Positions 40,016 to 50,690 of a DNA stretch of 64,000 nucleotides are shown one piece after another. The stretch lies in assembly GCA_024405635.1 (NCBI GenBank), contig JAKSOL010000001.1, positions 182,082-246,081 on the forward strand, written 5' to 3'. The DNA is from Salinivirgaceae bacterium. GTDB lineage: Bacteria > Bacteroidota > Bacteroidia > Bacteroidales > SZUA-534. Every line of letters begins with the position of its first letter. Position 1 is the first letter of the stretch. A program made the translations under genes and the position numbers. A model generated the notes under the pieces. It saw nothing but the letters and a program-made list of their open reading frames with translations, was not told the DNA's origin and made no database searches.

Positions 40016-41782
40016 CTACTTTTTGTCTATTGGGCGAAGGTCAAGATACAATTCATCTAACTGAGCTTGGTCAATTGGGCTTGGTGCGTCAAGCATCACA
40101 TCACGACCTTGGTTGTTTTTAGGGAATGCAATGCAGTCGCGTATTGAGTCTAGACCAGCAAACAACGACACAAAACGGTCAAGTCCGTATGCCAAACCAC
40201 CGTGAGGAGGTGCTCCGAATTTGAATGCGTTCATTAAGAAACCGAATTGCTCTTGGGCTTTTTCGGGTGTAAAACCAAGTGTTTCAAATATCAAAGCTTG
40301 CAATTTGCTGTCGTGAATACGAATTGAACCGCCACCAACTTCAACTCCGTTAATTACCATGTCGTATGCGTTGGCACGAACATCGCCAAGTTGTTTTGTC
40401 TCAAGCAATGGTACATCTTCTTGTTTTGGCGAGGTGAAAGGGTGGTGCATTGCGTACCAACGTTGGTCGTCTTCGCTCCACTCGTACATTGGGAAATCAA
40501 CAACCCAAAGGCAAGCATATTTGTTTTTGTCGCGCAAGCCAAGTTGCGAGCCCATTTCAAGCCTAAGTTCGCAAAGTTGTTTGCGGGTTTTGTTTGCATT
40601 GTCGCCGCTCAAAATCAAAATAAGGTCGCCGGGTTCAGCGTTAAAGGCGGCTTTCATTTGTTGCAACACGTCTTGTGTGTAGAATTTGTCAACGCTTGAT
40701 TTAACGGTTCCATCGGCTTCAATACGAGCATAAACTAAACCTTTTGCGCCAATTTGTGGGCGTTTTACAAATTCGGTTAGTTGGTCAAGTTGCTTGCGTG
40801 TGTATGTTGCGGCACCTTTTGCGCAAATACCGCCAATGTATTCAGCAGAATCGAATACGCTGAATCCGTATCCTTTCATCACATCCATCAACTCAACAAA
40901 TTTCATATCGAAGCGCAAGTCTGGTTTGTCGCTACCATAATATTTCATGGCATCGTGCCAAGTCATGCGTTGCCAAGGTTCGTTAAATTCAATGCCTTTA
41001 ATGGTTTTGAACAAGTGTTTGCTCATGTCTTCAAACAACGAAATAATGTCGTCTTGTTCTACAAACGACATTTCGCAGTCAATTTGAGTAAACTCTGGCT
41101 GACGGTCGGCACGAAGGTCTTCGTCGCGGAAACATTTTACAATTTGGAAATAACGATCAAAACCGCTCACCATTAACAATTGTTTAAGTGTTTGTGGCGA
41201 TTGTGGTAGCGCGTAAAACTGTCCGGGGTTCATTCGGCTTGGAACAACAAAGTCGCGGGCACCTTCAGGAGTTGAACCAATAAGCATTGGTGTTTCAACT
41301 TCAAGAAATCCTTTTGAGTCTAAATAACGGCGAACTTCAAAAGCCATTTTGTGGCGCAGTTCAAGGTTTTGGCGCACGCATGCACGACGAAGGTCAAGGT
41401 AACGGTATTTCATGCGAAGGTCGTCACCTCCATCGGTATTGTCTTCAATGGTAAAAGGTGGTGTTGTGGCTTCGTTTAAAATGTTTAGTTCGCTTACAAC
41501 TATTTCAATTTCGCCAGTTGCTATGTTTTTGTTTTTGCTCTCGCGTTCGTTCACTGTGCCTTTAACTTGCACAACAAACTCGCGGCCAAGATGCGATGCT
41601 TGTTCGCAAAGTTCGGCATTAATACCGTCGTTAAACGCTAATTGAGTGATGCCGTAGCGGTCGCGCAAATCGGCGAAAACCATACCGCCCATTTTGCGGG
41701 TACGTTGAATCCATCCTGCCAATGTAACTTGTTGGCCGGCGTTGTTTAGGCGAAGTTCGCCACAGGTGTGAGTTCTGTACAT
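40016..41782 (-). CDS. aspS: Aspartate--tRNA ligase
   Basis: [49 protein letters not shown] and PPHGG. Confidence 0.98.
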   Translation of the reverse strand: MYRTHTCGELRLNNAGQQVTLAGWIQRTRKMGGMVFADLRDRYGITQLAFNDGINAELCEQASHLGREFVVQVKGTVNERESKNKNIATGEIEIVVSELNILNEATTPPFTIEDNTDGGDDLRMKYRYLDLRRACVRQNLELRHKMAFEVRRYLDSKGFLEVETPMLIGSTPEGARDFVVPSRMNPGQFYALPQSPQTLKQLLMVSGFDRYFQIVKCFRDEDLRADRQPEFTQIDCEMSFVEQDDIISLFEDMSKHLFKTIKGIEFNEPWQRMTWHDAMKYYGSDKPDLRFDMKFVELMDVMKGYGFSVFDSAEYIGGICAKGAATYTRKQLDQLTEFVKRPQIGAKGLVYARIEADGTVKSSVDKFYTQDVLQQMKAAFNAEPGDLILILSGDNANKTRKQLCELRLEMGSQLGLRDKNKYACLWVVDFPMYEWSEDDQRWYAMHHPFTSPKQEDVPLLETKQLGDVRANAYDMVINGVEVGGGSIRIHDSKLQALIFETLGFTPEKAQEQFGFLMNAFKFGAPPHGGLAYGLDRFVSLFAGLDSIRDCIAFPKNNQGRDVMLDAPSPIDQAQLDELYLDLRPIDKK

Positions 41783-41923
41783 ATTTTAATTGTGTATTTG
41801 TTTCAATAAAAGCGATGCGAAAATAACTCATTTAACGGAACGCTGCACGAGCCATGTGCCAAAAAACTGATGCTATATTATTGGTCTTTTTTCTCAATTA
41901 TTTGCTCATCTTTGTAGCCGATT

Positions 41924-41995
41924 GGTCCCGTAGTTCAATGGATAGAATTTCAGATTCCGGTTCTGACGATAGGGGTTCGACCCCCCTCGGGATCA
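41924..41995 (+). tRNA. tRNA-Arg(CCG)
   Basis: GGTCCCG...CGGGATC-A acceptor stem, anticodon arm TCAGA-TTCCGGT-TCTGA, GGTTCGAC T-arm. Confidence 0.95.
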
Positions 41996-42025
41996 CTTTT
42001 CTGTGTTTGGATTGAGTTTTTTGCT

Positions 42026-42526
42026 CTATAATCCGATTATTCTTTCAATTTTCATAAGATAAATTTTGCGATTTATGCCGCCTGCATAGCCAGTTAAACT
42101 GCCGTTTGTTCCAATAACTCGGTGGCAAGGAACAATTATGCCTATGGGATTTTTACCTACGGCTCCACCTATTGCTTGTGCCGAAATAGTTTGTCGGTTC
42201 ATTTGCTTTGCTACTTTTTGCCCAATGGCTTTGTAAGTTGTTGTGGTTCCGTATTCTATGTTGCACAATTCTGACCATACAAGTTTCTGAAAGTCGGTCC
42301 CCAAAAACTCAATTTTTGGGAAAAAGTTTGGTTGCTTGCCATTGAAATACAAATCGAGCCAGCGTTTGGTTTCGGCAAAAATTGGAAGTTTATGTTCGTT
42401 GTGCTCGTATGACAAATTATTGCAACTCTGTTGTTGATTTTCAAACCATAACCCAACTAAAGATGGTCCGTTGCTTGCCAAGGTTAGTTCTCCAATAGGT
42501 GATTGGTATGTTGTTGTATATATCAT
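42026..42526 (-). CDS. ogt: Methylated-DNA--protein-cysteine methyltransferase
   Basis: SPIG, GTDFQKLVW, PCHRV active site and LTGYAGG. Confidence 0.93.
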   Translation of the reverse strand: MIYTTTYQSPIGELTLASNGPSLVGLWFENQQQSCNNLSYEHNEHKLPIFAETKRWLDLYFNGKQPNFFPKIEFLGTDFQKLVWSELCNIEYGTTTTYKAIGQKVAKQMNRQTISAQAIGGAVGKNPIGIIVPCHRVIGTNGSLTGYAGGINRKIYLMKIERIIGL

Positions 42527-42660
42527 TGTTACCTATTAGCATTCTTTTATCTACTTGTGTTTCATGTTGTTAAAGCAAGGTTGGCAAAAAACGGGAAAGA
42601 GTTATAAGTGTAGTTTGCTATTCGTACTTAATGAGTTTTTTTAGTAGTTGTTGCAACAAT

Positions 42661-44307
42661 TTAGTTTAACAAACCGTCAATCACCGAGCCCGTAGTGCCG
42701 TTTGGTGATGGAATGTCAAGAATGTTTGAAATGGTGGGGGCAATGTCTTCCATCTTAATGCTTTGCGACAAACGAGCCCGTTTAATGCGCCAACCATACC
42801 AAATTAAAGGTACGTGTGTATCGTAATTGTATCCAGAGTTTGACGAACTTACAATTCCTGTTTTTTGCTCAATCCACCCAGGCTCAAGGCTTATAATTAC
42901 ATCGCCCGAACGTTTGGGGTTAAACGAATTTTGGATTTTGTTAAGTGTTCCCTCGGTAAAATAAACGGTTTTGAGAGTGCTTGCCGATACCACAGTTGCA
43001 ACTCCCGAAAATTGTAGCAAAAAGTCGCCAACCTTATTTTCAAAATCTTGAATGTTTAAACTTGCCGATTCAATTAAACTATGGTTCAAATAAATTTGGT
43101 TGTTATGATATGCTGACACCCATTTACCCTTGTCGTATAATGCGTTTAGGTAAGTGCCAAGAAGCATAACGGCGCGATCGGCATTAAATGTTCCAGCAGG
43201 AATTTCGTTTTGAGTCAACATTGTTGGGCTATATGACGTTCCGTGATCTGAAGTCAAGTAAATAAGAACACAATTTTTACCTAGTTGATCGTCAATAAAT
43301 TGCAAAAAATGCTCCAAATCTTTGTCAAGTTTCAGATACATGTCTTCAAGTTCTACTGAATTAGGTCCACAAGCTGCGCTAACATCGGCAGTGGCGCTAA
43401 ACGAAATGCTCAAAAAATCAGTGTATTCATCTTGACCAAGTTGCTCATCAATTATTGCCGATACGCAAAAATCCTTTGTAAGTGAGTTTCCGAGTGGCGT
43501 TCCTTTAAGTTTGCTATAATGTTTTTCGCGGTGAAGCAGTCCATTAATCTTTTTACCAAAAGCATTGTCGTTGCTAAATCCAACTTTTCGAGATAATCCT
43601 TGTTCTGCTCCGTTTCTGTATTTTTCAGTAGGCAGCGATGGTGTCCACTCTCGTTCAATGTACAAGTCAGGAAATTTTTTGTTGTTGAATGTATTAACCC
43701 ACGAAGGCAAACTGTCCATATAGTACGAACTTGTAACAAATAAGCCAGTTTCATCGTCGAACCAATATGCAGCATCGGCCATGTGTCCCACTGGCAGAAT
43801 TGCCGATTCTGGATTGAGCGAAACTCCGATGATTTTTGATTGTCCGTTGAAAAAGAGCTTCATTTCGTCAGAAAAAGTGGTGGTAAGCATATTTCGTGGC
43901 GAACAATGGTATTTTTCGGCCTTTACACCAATTGCGTTAACTTTTGAATCTTCAACAGATTTCATATTACATTCTTGCAGTTGCAAATACCAATTGTCGG
44001 CCACTATGCCGTGTATTTGGGGTTCACAACCAGTGGCAATAGTTGCAGCGCCTGGCGATGTTTGGGTAAACATATAGTTGTAGTTGGCATTTCGGCACAA
44101 AGCTCCTTCGCCAATAAGTTTCTTAAATCCACCTTCGCCAAAGTTGTCCCAATATCGGTATATGTAGTCATATCGCATATCTTCAATAATAATTCCAATT
44201 ATTAGTTGAGGTTTTTCGGTAGGTATGCTTTTACGTTTTTGTGCTTTAACTGTAAAAGTTGCTGTTGAAAATATTAGGGCTAATAGATATGCAGATAATT
44301 TTTTCAT
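42661..44307 (-). CDS. PafA-like alkaline phosphatase superfamily protein with a degenerate active site
   Basis: Signal peptide, EKPQLIIGI, GGFKKL, TSDHG, RSGD and YDTHVPLIWYG. Several metal and phosphate ligands are substituted (see findings). Promoter-like TACATTTG at 44325-44332. Confidence 0.85.
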   Translation of the reverse strand: MKKLSAYLLALIFSTATFTVKAQKRKSIPTEKPQLIIGIIIEDMRYDYIYRYWDNFGEGGFKKLIGEGALCRNANYNYMFTQTSPGAATIATGCEPQIHGIVADNWYLQLQECNMKSVEDSKVNAIGVKAEKYHCSPRNMLTTTFSDEMKLFFNGQSKIIGVSLNPESAILPVGHMADAAYWFDDETGLFVTSSYYMDSLPSWVNTFNNKKFPDLYIEREWTPSLPTEKYRNGAEQGLSRKVGFSNDNAFGKKINGLLHREKHYSKLKGTPLGNSLTKDFCVSAIIDEQLGQDEYTDFLSISFSATADVSAACGPNSVELEDMYLKLDKDLEHFLQFIDDQLGKNCVLIYLTSDHGTSYSPTMLTQNEIPAGTFNADRAVMLLGTYLNALYDKGKWVSAYHNNQIYLNHSLIESASLNIQDFENKVGDFLLQFSGVATVVSASTLKTVYFTEGTLNKIQNSFNPKRSGDVIISLEPGWIEQKTGIVSSSNSGYNYDTHVPLIWYGWRIKRARLSQSIKMEDIAPTISNILDIPSPNGTTGSVIDGLLN

Positions 44308-44434
44308 AAACAATCAAATTTGTGCAAATGTAATATTCCGTAAGCAGAAACATTTGTGAATTTGCGCTATGTGGGACTATTAATTGAATATAATCTCTAT
44401 AACGTGAGTTTCTTAATATGTTAAGTATGGACAT

Positions 44435-44469
44435 AAAAAAAGACTCTCAACCGATGGATGAAAGTCTTT
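44435..44469 (-). terminator. Terminator after tRNA-Val
   Basis: AAAGACT...AGTCTTT hairpin with a T run on the minus strand. Confidence 0.55.
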
Positions 44470-44472
44470 AAG

Positions 44473-44547
44473 TGGGCGCTGAGGGATTCGAACCCCCGAC
44501 CCTCTGGGTGTAAACCAGATGCTCTGAACCAACTGAGCTAAGCGCCC
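44473..44547 (-). tRNA. tRNA-Val(TAC)
   Basis: GGGCGCT acceptor stem, anticodon arm TCTGG-TTTACAC-CCAGA, GGTTCGAATCC; upstream TACCTTTG at 44585-44592. Confidence 0.96.
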
Positions 44548-44729
44548 GATTTGTTTAAGAACTTTGCTTTCCGAAAAAGCATTGCAAAGGTAGGTTTATT
44601 GTTTTAATCTGCAAGGGTCTAAATGAAAAAACTAAATATTTTTTTATTTGTTTTTTTTTGGTAGGCTAATAATTTGATGTACAGTTGCTTATGATTGTTA
44701 GCGTTGTTTAAATAATGCGTTTTTTGTAT

Positions 44730-44764
44730 AAAAAAGCCATTCTGATTATTCAGAATGGCTTTTT
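44730..44764 (-). terminator. Intrinsic terminator after the SpoIIE-domain gene
   Basis: AAAAAGCCATTCTGA / TCAGAATGGCTTTTT inverted repeat. Confidence 0.85.
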
Positions 44765-44788
44765 ATGAACGTTATTTTTTAATGCCGA

Positions 44789-47700
44789 TTACTCTTTTGC
44801 GACGTTTGAATCGTCAGTTTTAGGGTTCTCAGTTGTGGTTAAATTTTCATTTTGTTCTGTTTTTGGAGCATCATTGGTTGTTTCAATTTTGGGCGTTTCG
44901 GTTGTGCTTTCAGGTTTTGATTCACCTTCGGCGGTTGCCGATTCGTCAACCAATTTTTTGCGTGCAGGGCGCTCAAGTTTTAATTTGCTCAAACCTCCTT
45001 TTTCTTTTTTCTCTTTTTCAAACCCTTCAACAAGTGCAATCAATGGATCGGGTTCTGGAACGGTTGTTGAAACACTTTCGTCGGTTGGCATGCCAACGCG
45101 GTAGCCCATCAAAATAACGTCGTCAACGCGCTCACAATTGCTAACAGCTTGCCATTCGTAAATGCGTTTTTTTACCATCTCGCGTTGTTCTGCCATTGGT
45201 AGGTTGTGTATTTCAAGCAACATTTCGCGTAAATGCTTGCTCATAAACTTGCGTTTGTCTGGACCACCAATTTGGTCTTGGTATCCGTCGGAGAATGTGT
45301 ACAAGCAGTCGCCAGGGTAAAGGTCGATGCTGATGTTTGTAAATGGTGCATTGCCTTTTATGTAGTTGCCAATAGGCATTTTATCTGCTTTAATTTGATA
45401 AACTTCGTTGTTGCGGATAATTATAAGAGGGTTGTTTGCTCCTGCAAATTCCATGTGGTTGTTGCGCTCGTCAACAATATATAGGGCAAGGTCCATGCCG
45501 TCTTTTCGTCCGTTTTCCCAACCTCCCATACATTGAATTATGTATTCGCGTAGTGTGAATAGAATTTTTTCGGGGTGCATTTCGTTACCTACAATGTGGT
45601 TCAAGTTGGTCATGCCGAGCATGCTCACAAATCCTCCGGGTACACCGTGTCCTGTACTATCGGCAATAACACTTACGCGGTAGTGTCCAATTTTCTTAAT
45701 CCAATGGAAGTCGCCACTAACTACGTCTTTAGGTTCAAAGAACAAGAAACTATCAGGGAAAGCTTCTTCAATTTCTTCAGGTTTTGACAATAAGGCTTGT
45801 TGCAAACCTTTTGCGTAGTTAATACTTTGTTCAATTTCCTCTTTTTGTTTTGCAATCTCGTCTTTTTGTTGAACAACTTCGGCGGTGCGGTCGGCTACAA
45901 CTTGTTCTAGTCGTGCTTTTTCTTTAAGTAGTCGGGCCGAGTTTAATCTGACAATTACAATAATTAAAGCAACTCCAAACAATACATATAATATGTATGC
46001 AACAATTGTTCGATAGAATGGTGGCTTAATTATAAAGGCATATTCGGCCACGTTACTTTCAATACCATAAATGTTGCGAGCTTTAACTTTGAATATGTAT
46101 TTGCCTTCGCTTAAGTTATTGTGCAATATTGAGGTTCGTTTGTTCCATTTTGACCATTCTTTTTCAGAACCTACAAGTATTGAAGAGTATTCGGTTTCTT
46201 CGTTCTTTTCATACCAAGCTGCGCTATAAGTAAACTCAAGGCTGTTGTTGCTGTATGAGATAATAACGTTGTTGTTGTTTGACGAAGCTTGGTCAAGAGC
46301 AATGCCGCCGTTTGTTGATTCAAATGTGCCGTTGAATAATACAGAATCGCGCATTGTGATTTGGCGCAAGTTTACTCTAAATGGTCGTTTGTATGGGTCT
46401 TCAATATTTTCATTTACCAAGCCGTCTAAAATATCGCAGTGGAAGCTATATAATTCTTGGTCGAGGGCTAACCATATCATGTCATTTTTCTCGTCAACTA
46501 AAATGACATCGCAGTCTTTGTTTGGTAAACGGCGGAATGGTGCAGAAATAACTTTCTGATTGCCCAAAGAGTCGGGTAGAATAAGTTCTATGAATCGATT
46601 TTTGTGTTCATCGGTTCGCGCAATGATGTAGCCGTTTTTGTATTTTGCAATTTTGCTCAAATTGCGGTTGTTGCCTAATTCTCCAATAATATTGCTAGTA
46701 ACAAATGTGTTTGAATCGGCATTGTATTCGTATAAGCCTTGTGATGTACAAGCAATTATTTTACCATCAATGTTTGTGCAGTATACTTTTGTTATGTTTG
46801 GAAAAACTTCGTTTTCGTCTGAAAAAATTGTTGTTTCTCCTTTGGTGGTGTATTTTGCTACTCCAAAAAAGTCGCCTGCAATCCATGCGTTGTTTTTGTC
46901 ATCAAAACAAATATTTCGAACTGGAATGGCAATGTTATCAGATATATAATCAACTATGTAACTGGTCTTATCAATAGAAATGATGTAAAAACCATTTTCG
47001 TTGCAACAATATATTTGGTTTGGGTTTTTGGGGTTTTGTTTCATCGACCAGATAATAGAATATCTGGTTTTGCTTTTGTTATTTAAACCTTCGGCTGAAT
47101 AGTTTAATATCTCTTTTATTTCGGTTTGGCAACCTACAAGTATTCTTTTTTTGTTGGTTTTTGGGTCTGTTATTTCGTTTATGCTATATGCAACTCCGTC
47201 AATTCCGTCAATTGCTTGAAATACTGGAATGCCATCGCTATCCTTGGTTAGGAAAAATACACCTTCAAAAGTTGCTACATACAAAACACCGTTGGAGATT
47301 AAAATGTCATTGATTCCTCCGTGTATTTTGCCGGCTACTTCGTTGAAAACGTGTATTGCACTATTTTCAATTTTTGACAAACCAACATTCATTGATGCCC
47401 AATAAATATTGTTGTCAAGTGACTCAATATGAGTGGAATATATGTCTTTTGTTCCAGTTTGTCGGTTAAAAATGTTTGTTATGTTAAAGTCTTTGTCAAG
47501 TACTACTATTGCGTGTTGCGATTGAATAAGTGAAATTAAGTAGTTGTCTTCTTTTGTTTTTGTTGCAGAATAAACCATTGAGCCCGACGATTTGATGAAA
47601 GAGGAGTAGTTGTCGCTTGGAACTTCTTCTGATTTGTTTGTTTCGATGTCGTATTTTAATATTCTTCCGTCGTATAGTTCAAATAAAATGTATTTGTCGG

Positions 47701-48358
47701 TGTTTGCTTTAATAAAGGCAGAAACTTCGGTTGTCCCATTTAATACTGGAGAAAAGCCTTTTGATGATATTTCGCGTAATCCAGCTTTGTAACTCGAAAC
47801 AAATAGGCGGTCGTTTATTAAGAACGAATACCAATTGAAACTATCGTCAAGAGGCCAATGTTCAATGGTGTTTTTTCTTTTGTTGTATGCATAAATGTTT
47901 TCGTCGGAGCAAAAATATACACATGTGTCGTTGCAATATGTACGAAGTATTTGACCTTCAATGCTTATGGTTGAGTCAATTCCAGATAGTGAATGGAATG
48001 AAAGACTGCCGTTTTTATTTGCTGATAAATATCCAATGTTATTTTCGGCGCCAACGTAAATAATACCATTGTTATCAACTGCAAACGAACGTACATGGTT
48101 TGTTTTTGTGTCCTTTTGATTATAAATAGGAATTGATCTCCATGTGGTTCCGTCATATTCCAGGATGTTTTCATTTCCTGCAAAGTACATTATATCGCGA
48201 TGGTCTTTTGCAACAAAAAAGTTTTGTGCATCATCGTTGTAATCGTCTGATGTGTAATTCGTAATAAGAGGGTTGCCATATTTGTTAATCTGTGCATTGC
48301 TTAAAGAGCAGATAATCAATAAAATGCACAGGATGATATTTCGTTTGTTCATACGCAT
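44789..48358 (-). CDS. Membrane sensor phosphatase: periplasmic beta-propellers + Y_Y_Y + TM + coiled coil + SpoIIE (PP2C) domain
   Basis: Signal peptide, YDGTTW and propeller blades, NLSEGKYIFKVKARN..IKPPFYRT, then TM. PP2C motifs VSGDF, ADSTGHGVPG, DGMD, FSDGYQDQ and VDD. Confidence 0.88.
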   Translation of the reverse strand: MRMNKRNIILCILLIICSLSNAQINKYGNPLITNYTSDDYNDDAQNFFVAKDHRDIMYFAGNENILEYDGTTWRSIPIYNQKDTKTNHVRSFAVDNNGIIYVGAENNIGYLSANKNGSLSFHSLSGIDSTISIEGQILRTYCNDTCVYFCSDENIYAYNKRKNTIEHWPLDDSFNWYSFLINDRLFVSSYKAGLREISSKGFSPVLNGTTEVSAFIKANTDKYILFELYDGRILKYDIETNKSEEVPSDNYSSFIKSSGSMVYSATKTKEDNYLISLIQSQHAIVVLDKDFNITNIFNRQTGTKDIYSTHIESLDNNIYWASMNVGLSKIENSAIHVFNEVAGKIHGGINDILISNGVLYVATFEGVFFLTKDSDGIPVFQAIDGIDGVAYSINEITDPKTNKKRILVGCQTEIKEILNYSAEGLNNKSKTRYSIIWSMKQNPKNPNQIYCCNENGFYIISIDKTSYIVDYISDNIAIPVRNICFDDKNNAWIAGDFFGVAKYTTKGETTIFSDENEVFPNITKVYCTNIDGKIIACTSQGLYEYNADSNTFVTSNIIGELGNNRNLSKIAKYKNGYIIARTDEHKNRFIELILPDSLGNQKVISAPFRRLPNKDCDVILVDEKNDMIWLALDQELYSFHCDILDGLVNENIEDPYKRPFRVNLRQITMRDSVLFNGTFESTNGGIALDQASSNNNNVIISYSNNSLEFTYSAAWYEKNEETEYSSILVGSEKEWSKWNKRTSILHNNLSEGKYIFKVKARNIYGIESNVAEYAFIIKPPFYRTIVAYILYVLFGVALIIVIVRLNSARLLKEKARLEQVVADRTAEVVQQKDEIAKQKEEIEQSINYAKGLQQALLSKPEEIEEAFPDSFLFFEPKDVVSGDFHWIKKIGHYRVSVIADSTGHGVPGGFVSMLGMTNLNHIVGNEMHPEKILFTLREYIIQCMGGWENGRKDGMDLALYIVDERNNHMEFAGANNPLIIIRNNEVYQIKADKMPIGNYIKGNAPFTNISIDLYPGDCLYTFSDGYQDQIGGPDKRKFMSKHLREMLLEIHNLPMAEQREMVKKRIYEWQAVSNCERVDDVILMGYRVGMPTDESVSTTVPEPDPLIALVEGFEKEKKEKGGLSKLKLERPARKKLVDESATAEGESKPESTTETPKIETTNDAPKTEQNENLTTTENPKTDDSNVAKE

Positions 48359-48470
48359 AGTTGTAATACTTATTAACTTGCGAATTTATTAAATGTTTGC
48401 GTGGGGTATTGCCTATTTTATCAACAAACTATCATCTTTTTTAACCGATTTAAATTGTGTTGGTTGAACC

Positions 48471-49400
48471 TTATTTTACACAAATAATTGGCTGTTGCTC
48501 AAATATGTTTTTTATTGTTGTATCAAGTTCTGCAAGGGTTGTGGTGCGTTTTATATGGTCGAAAACCTCTTGCTGGTTTTCAAAATTGAGAGCGAAGTAT
48601 TTCCACAGTTCCTTGAGTCTGTTTAGTGGATTTGGGCATGCTTCGGCATAGTTGTTTCTAACAGTTTCGCAAAATTGTTGAAGTTGTTTAGTTGAACCGG
48701 CTTGTCCTTTTGTTATCTGTAATGCCACAAAGGGGTTGCTAATGGCTCCTCGACCTATCATTACTCCTGCAAGGTTAGGTATAAGCTCTTTAACTTTTTC
48801 GCATTGTTGCACTGAGCAAATGTCTCCGTTGAAAATAATAGGGTGAACCGATGTGTTTGCTTCGCTTGCAACTGCCTGAATGTCAGCTATTCCGTTGTAC
48901 ATCTGCTCGGCTGTGCGTGCATGAATAATAACTTCGCTCAACGGTAGTTGGTTTAACATCCTTAATGTGTTGCTTAATGTGTTGCAATTGAATCCCAATC
49001 GGATTTTTACCGATAAATTGATTGTGATTTTTGCCGTAATCTGCTCAAGCATTTTTTCGGTTTCCTCTAGGTTTAATAGTAAAGCCGCACCTCTGCCTCG
49101 TTGCGTTACAAAAGGTTGAGGACAGCCCATGTTTAGATTTACTTCGGTATAACCTAAATCGGATAGCAAGTGAGCAAAGTGAATAAATCCATTTGCATCG
49201 TTGCTAAGTAGTTGAGGAACAAGATTGATGTTGCTGTTGTAGTTAGCAAATCGACGTGCAAGTTGTGGTAGTTTTATTGGTGATTGGCTATCGGCAAGCA
49301 TATATGGGGCCATCATTTGGTCAAAACCTCCTAATTGCTGCAACGCATTGCAGAATGGTGCCTCAACAAGTCCGAGCATTGGAGCAAGTTGTATTTTCAT
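48471..49400 (-). CDS. tRNA-dihydrouridine synthase family protein
   Basis: LAPMLG, NLNMGCP, SVKIRLG, IHART, NGDI and MIGRGA. Start trimmed to 49400. Confidence 0.88.
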   Translation of the reverse strand: MKIQLAPMLGLVEAPFCNALQQLGGFDQMMAPYMLADSQSPIKLPQLARRFANYNSNINLVPQLLSNDANGFIHFAHLLSDLGYTEVNLNMGCPQPFVTQRGRGAALLLNLEETEKMLEQITAKITINLSVKIRLGFNCNTLSNTLRMLNQLPLSEVIIHARTAEQMYNGIADIQAVASEANTSVHPIIFNGDICSVQQCEKVKELIPNLAGVMIGRGAISNPFVALQITKGQAGSTKQLQQFCETVRNNYAEACPNPLNRLKELWKYFALNFENQQEVFDHIKRTTTLAELDTTIKNIFEQQPIICVK

Positions 49401-49421
49401 ACAGCTAATCAATTTTAAAAG

Positions 49422-49452
49422 AAAAGGGAACTGCCGCAAAGCAATTCCCTTT
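49422..49452 (-). terminator. Terminator after mdh
   Basis: AAAGGGAA-TGC...GCA-TTCCCTTT hairpin. Confidence 0.6.
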
Positions 49453-49476
49453 CAAATAGTATTCTTTATCGTTCAA

Positions 49477-50418
49477 TTAGAAGATTTTCATATCGTCAAG
49501 AACGTTCATTACTTTTTTAACAGCTTCAGCTGAAGTGTTCAACAAAGCTTTTTCTTGATCGTCAAGTTGAAGTTCAATAACTTTTTCGATACCGTTTTTG
49601 CCAAGAACAACAGGAACGCCTAGATAGATGTCTTTCATTCCGTATTCGCCGTTCAAGTAAGCGCAAACTGGCATAATCTTCTTTTGGTCTTTAACAATAG
49701 CCTCAACCATAGCAGCTGCTGAAGTTCCAGGAGCATACCATGCTGAAGTGCCCATCAAATTAACCAATTCGCCTCCACCTTTTTGAGCACGCTCAATAAT
49801 AGCGTTCAAACGATCGGCAGGAATAAGTTCTGTTACAGGAATGCCAGCAACTGAAGTGTAGCGTGGAAGTGGAACCATAGTGTCGCCGTGACCACCAAGC
49901 AACAATGCCTCAACTTGGTTTGGAGATACTCCAAGTTCGTCAGCAATAAATACTTTGTAACGAGCGGTGTCAAGTACACCAGCCATACCAAATACTTTGT
50001 TGCTCATTGTTTTAGCAGCTTTGTATGCGGTGTAGGTCATTACGTCCAATGGGTTTGAAACGATGATGATGATTGCGTCTGGTGAAGCTGCAATTACTTG
50101 CTCGGTTACACTTTTAACAATACCAGCGTTGATTCCGATTAAGTCGTCGCGGCTCATACCTGGTTTACGTGGAACACCTGAAGTGATTACAACTACGCCT
50201 GAACCTGCAGTTGCTGCATAGTCGTTAGTAACACCTTTTACTCTGTTGTTAAAGCCTTCGATTGAGGCTGTTTGCCACATATCCAATGCTTTGCCTTCTG
50301 AAATGCCCTCTTTAATGTCGAGCATAATAACCTCTTTTGCAAGGTCTTTGCGAGCAATTACGTTTGCGCAAGTAGCACCTACGTTACCAGCGCCCACAAC
50401 TGTGATTTTGTCAATCAT
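49477..50418 (-). CDS. mdh: Malate dehydrogenase (LDH-like)
   Basis: VGAGNVG, PRKPGMSRDDL, SNPLD, LDTAR and GGHGD. Confidence 0.96.
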   Translation of the reverse strand: MIDKITVVGAGNVGATCANVIARKDLAKEVIMLDIKEGISEGKALDMWQTASIEGFNNRVKGVTNDYAATAGSGVVVITSGVPRKPGMSRDDLIGINAGIVKSVTEQVIAASPDAIIIIVSNPLDVMTYTAYKAAKTMSNKVFGMAGVLDTARYKVFIADELGVSPNQVEALLLGGHGDTMVPLPRYTSVAGIPVTELIPADRLNAIIERAQKGGGELVNLMGTSAWYAPGTSAAAMVEAIVKDQKKIMPVCAYLNGEYGMKDIYLGVPVVLGKNGIEKVIELQLDDQEKALLNTSAEAVKKVMNVLDDMKIF

Positions 50419-50690
50419 TTTTTCTAAGTTTTAAGTATTTAACAAAAAATCTAAATCTATTCCGTTGATTTTTAGTTTGATGCAGTTTTGATACATCTTG
50501 TAAAAACCAAGTGCCAATATACAAAGATTTTATTGTTCAACTTTGTCTTTGTTCAAATTTGAAAAAAATAAACTCAACGAGGCTTGTGTGTTCATTCTAA
50601 AAAAAAATAATGACTACTTATTGTGTGTTTATTCATTTAATCATTAGACATTAAGCGCAAAAATTACACCTTTGCACAAATTTTAATCAA

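Noticed and set aside
41924-44547. tRNA-Arg or tRNA-Val as integration sites for an island holding ogt and the pafA-like gene
   Set aside because: No duplicated tRNA 3' end, integrase or compositional shift was seen.
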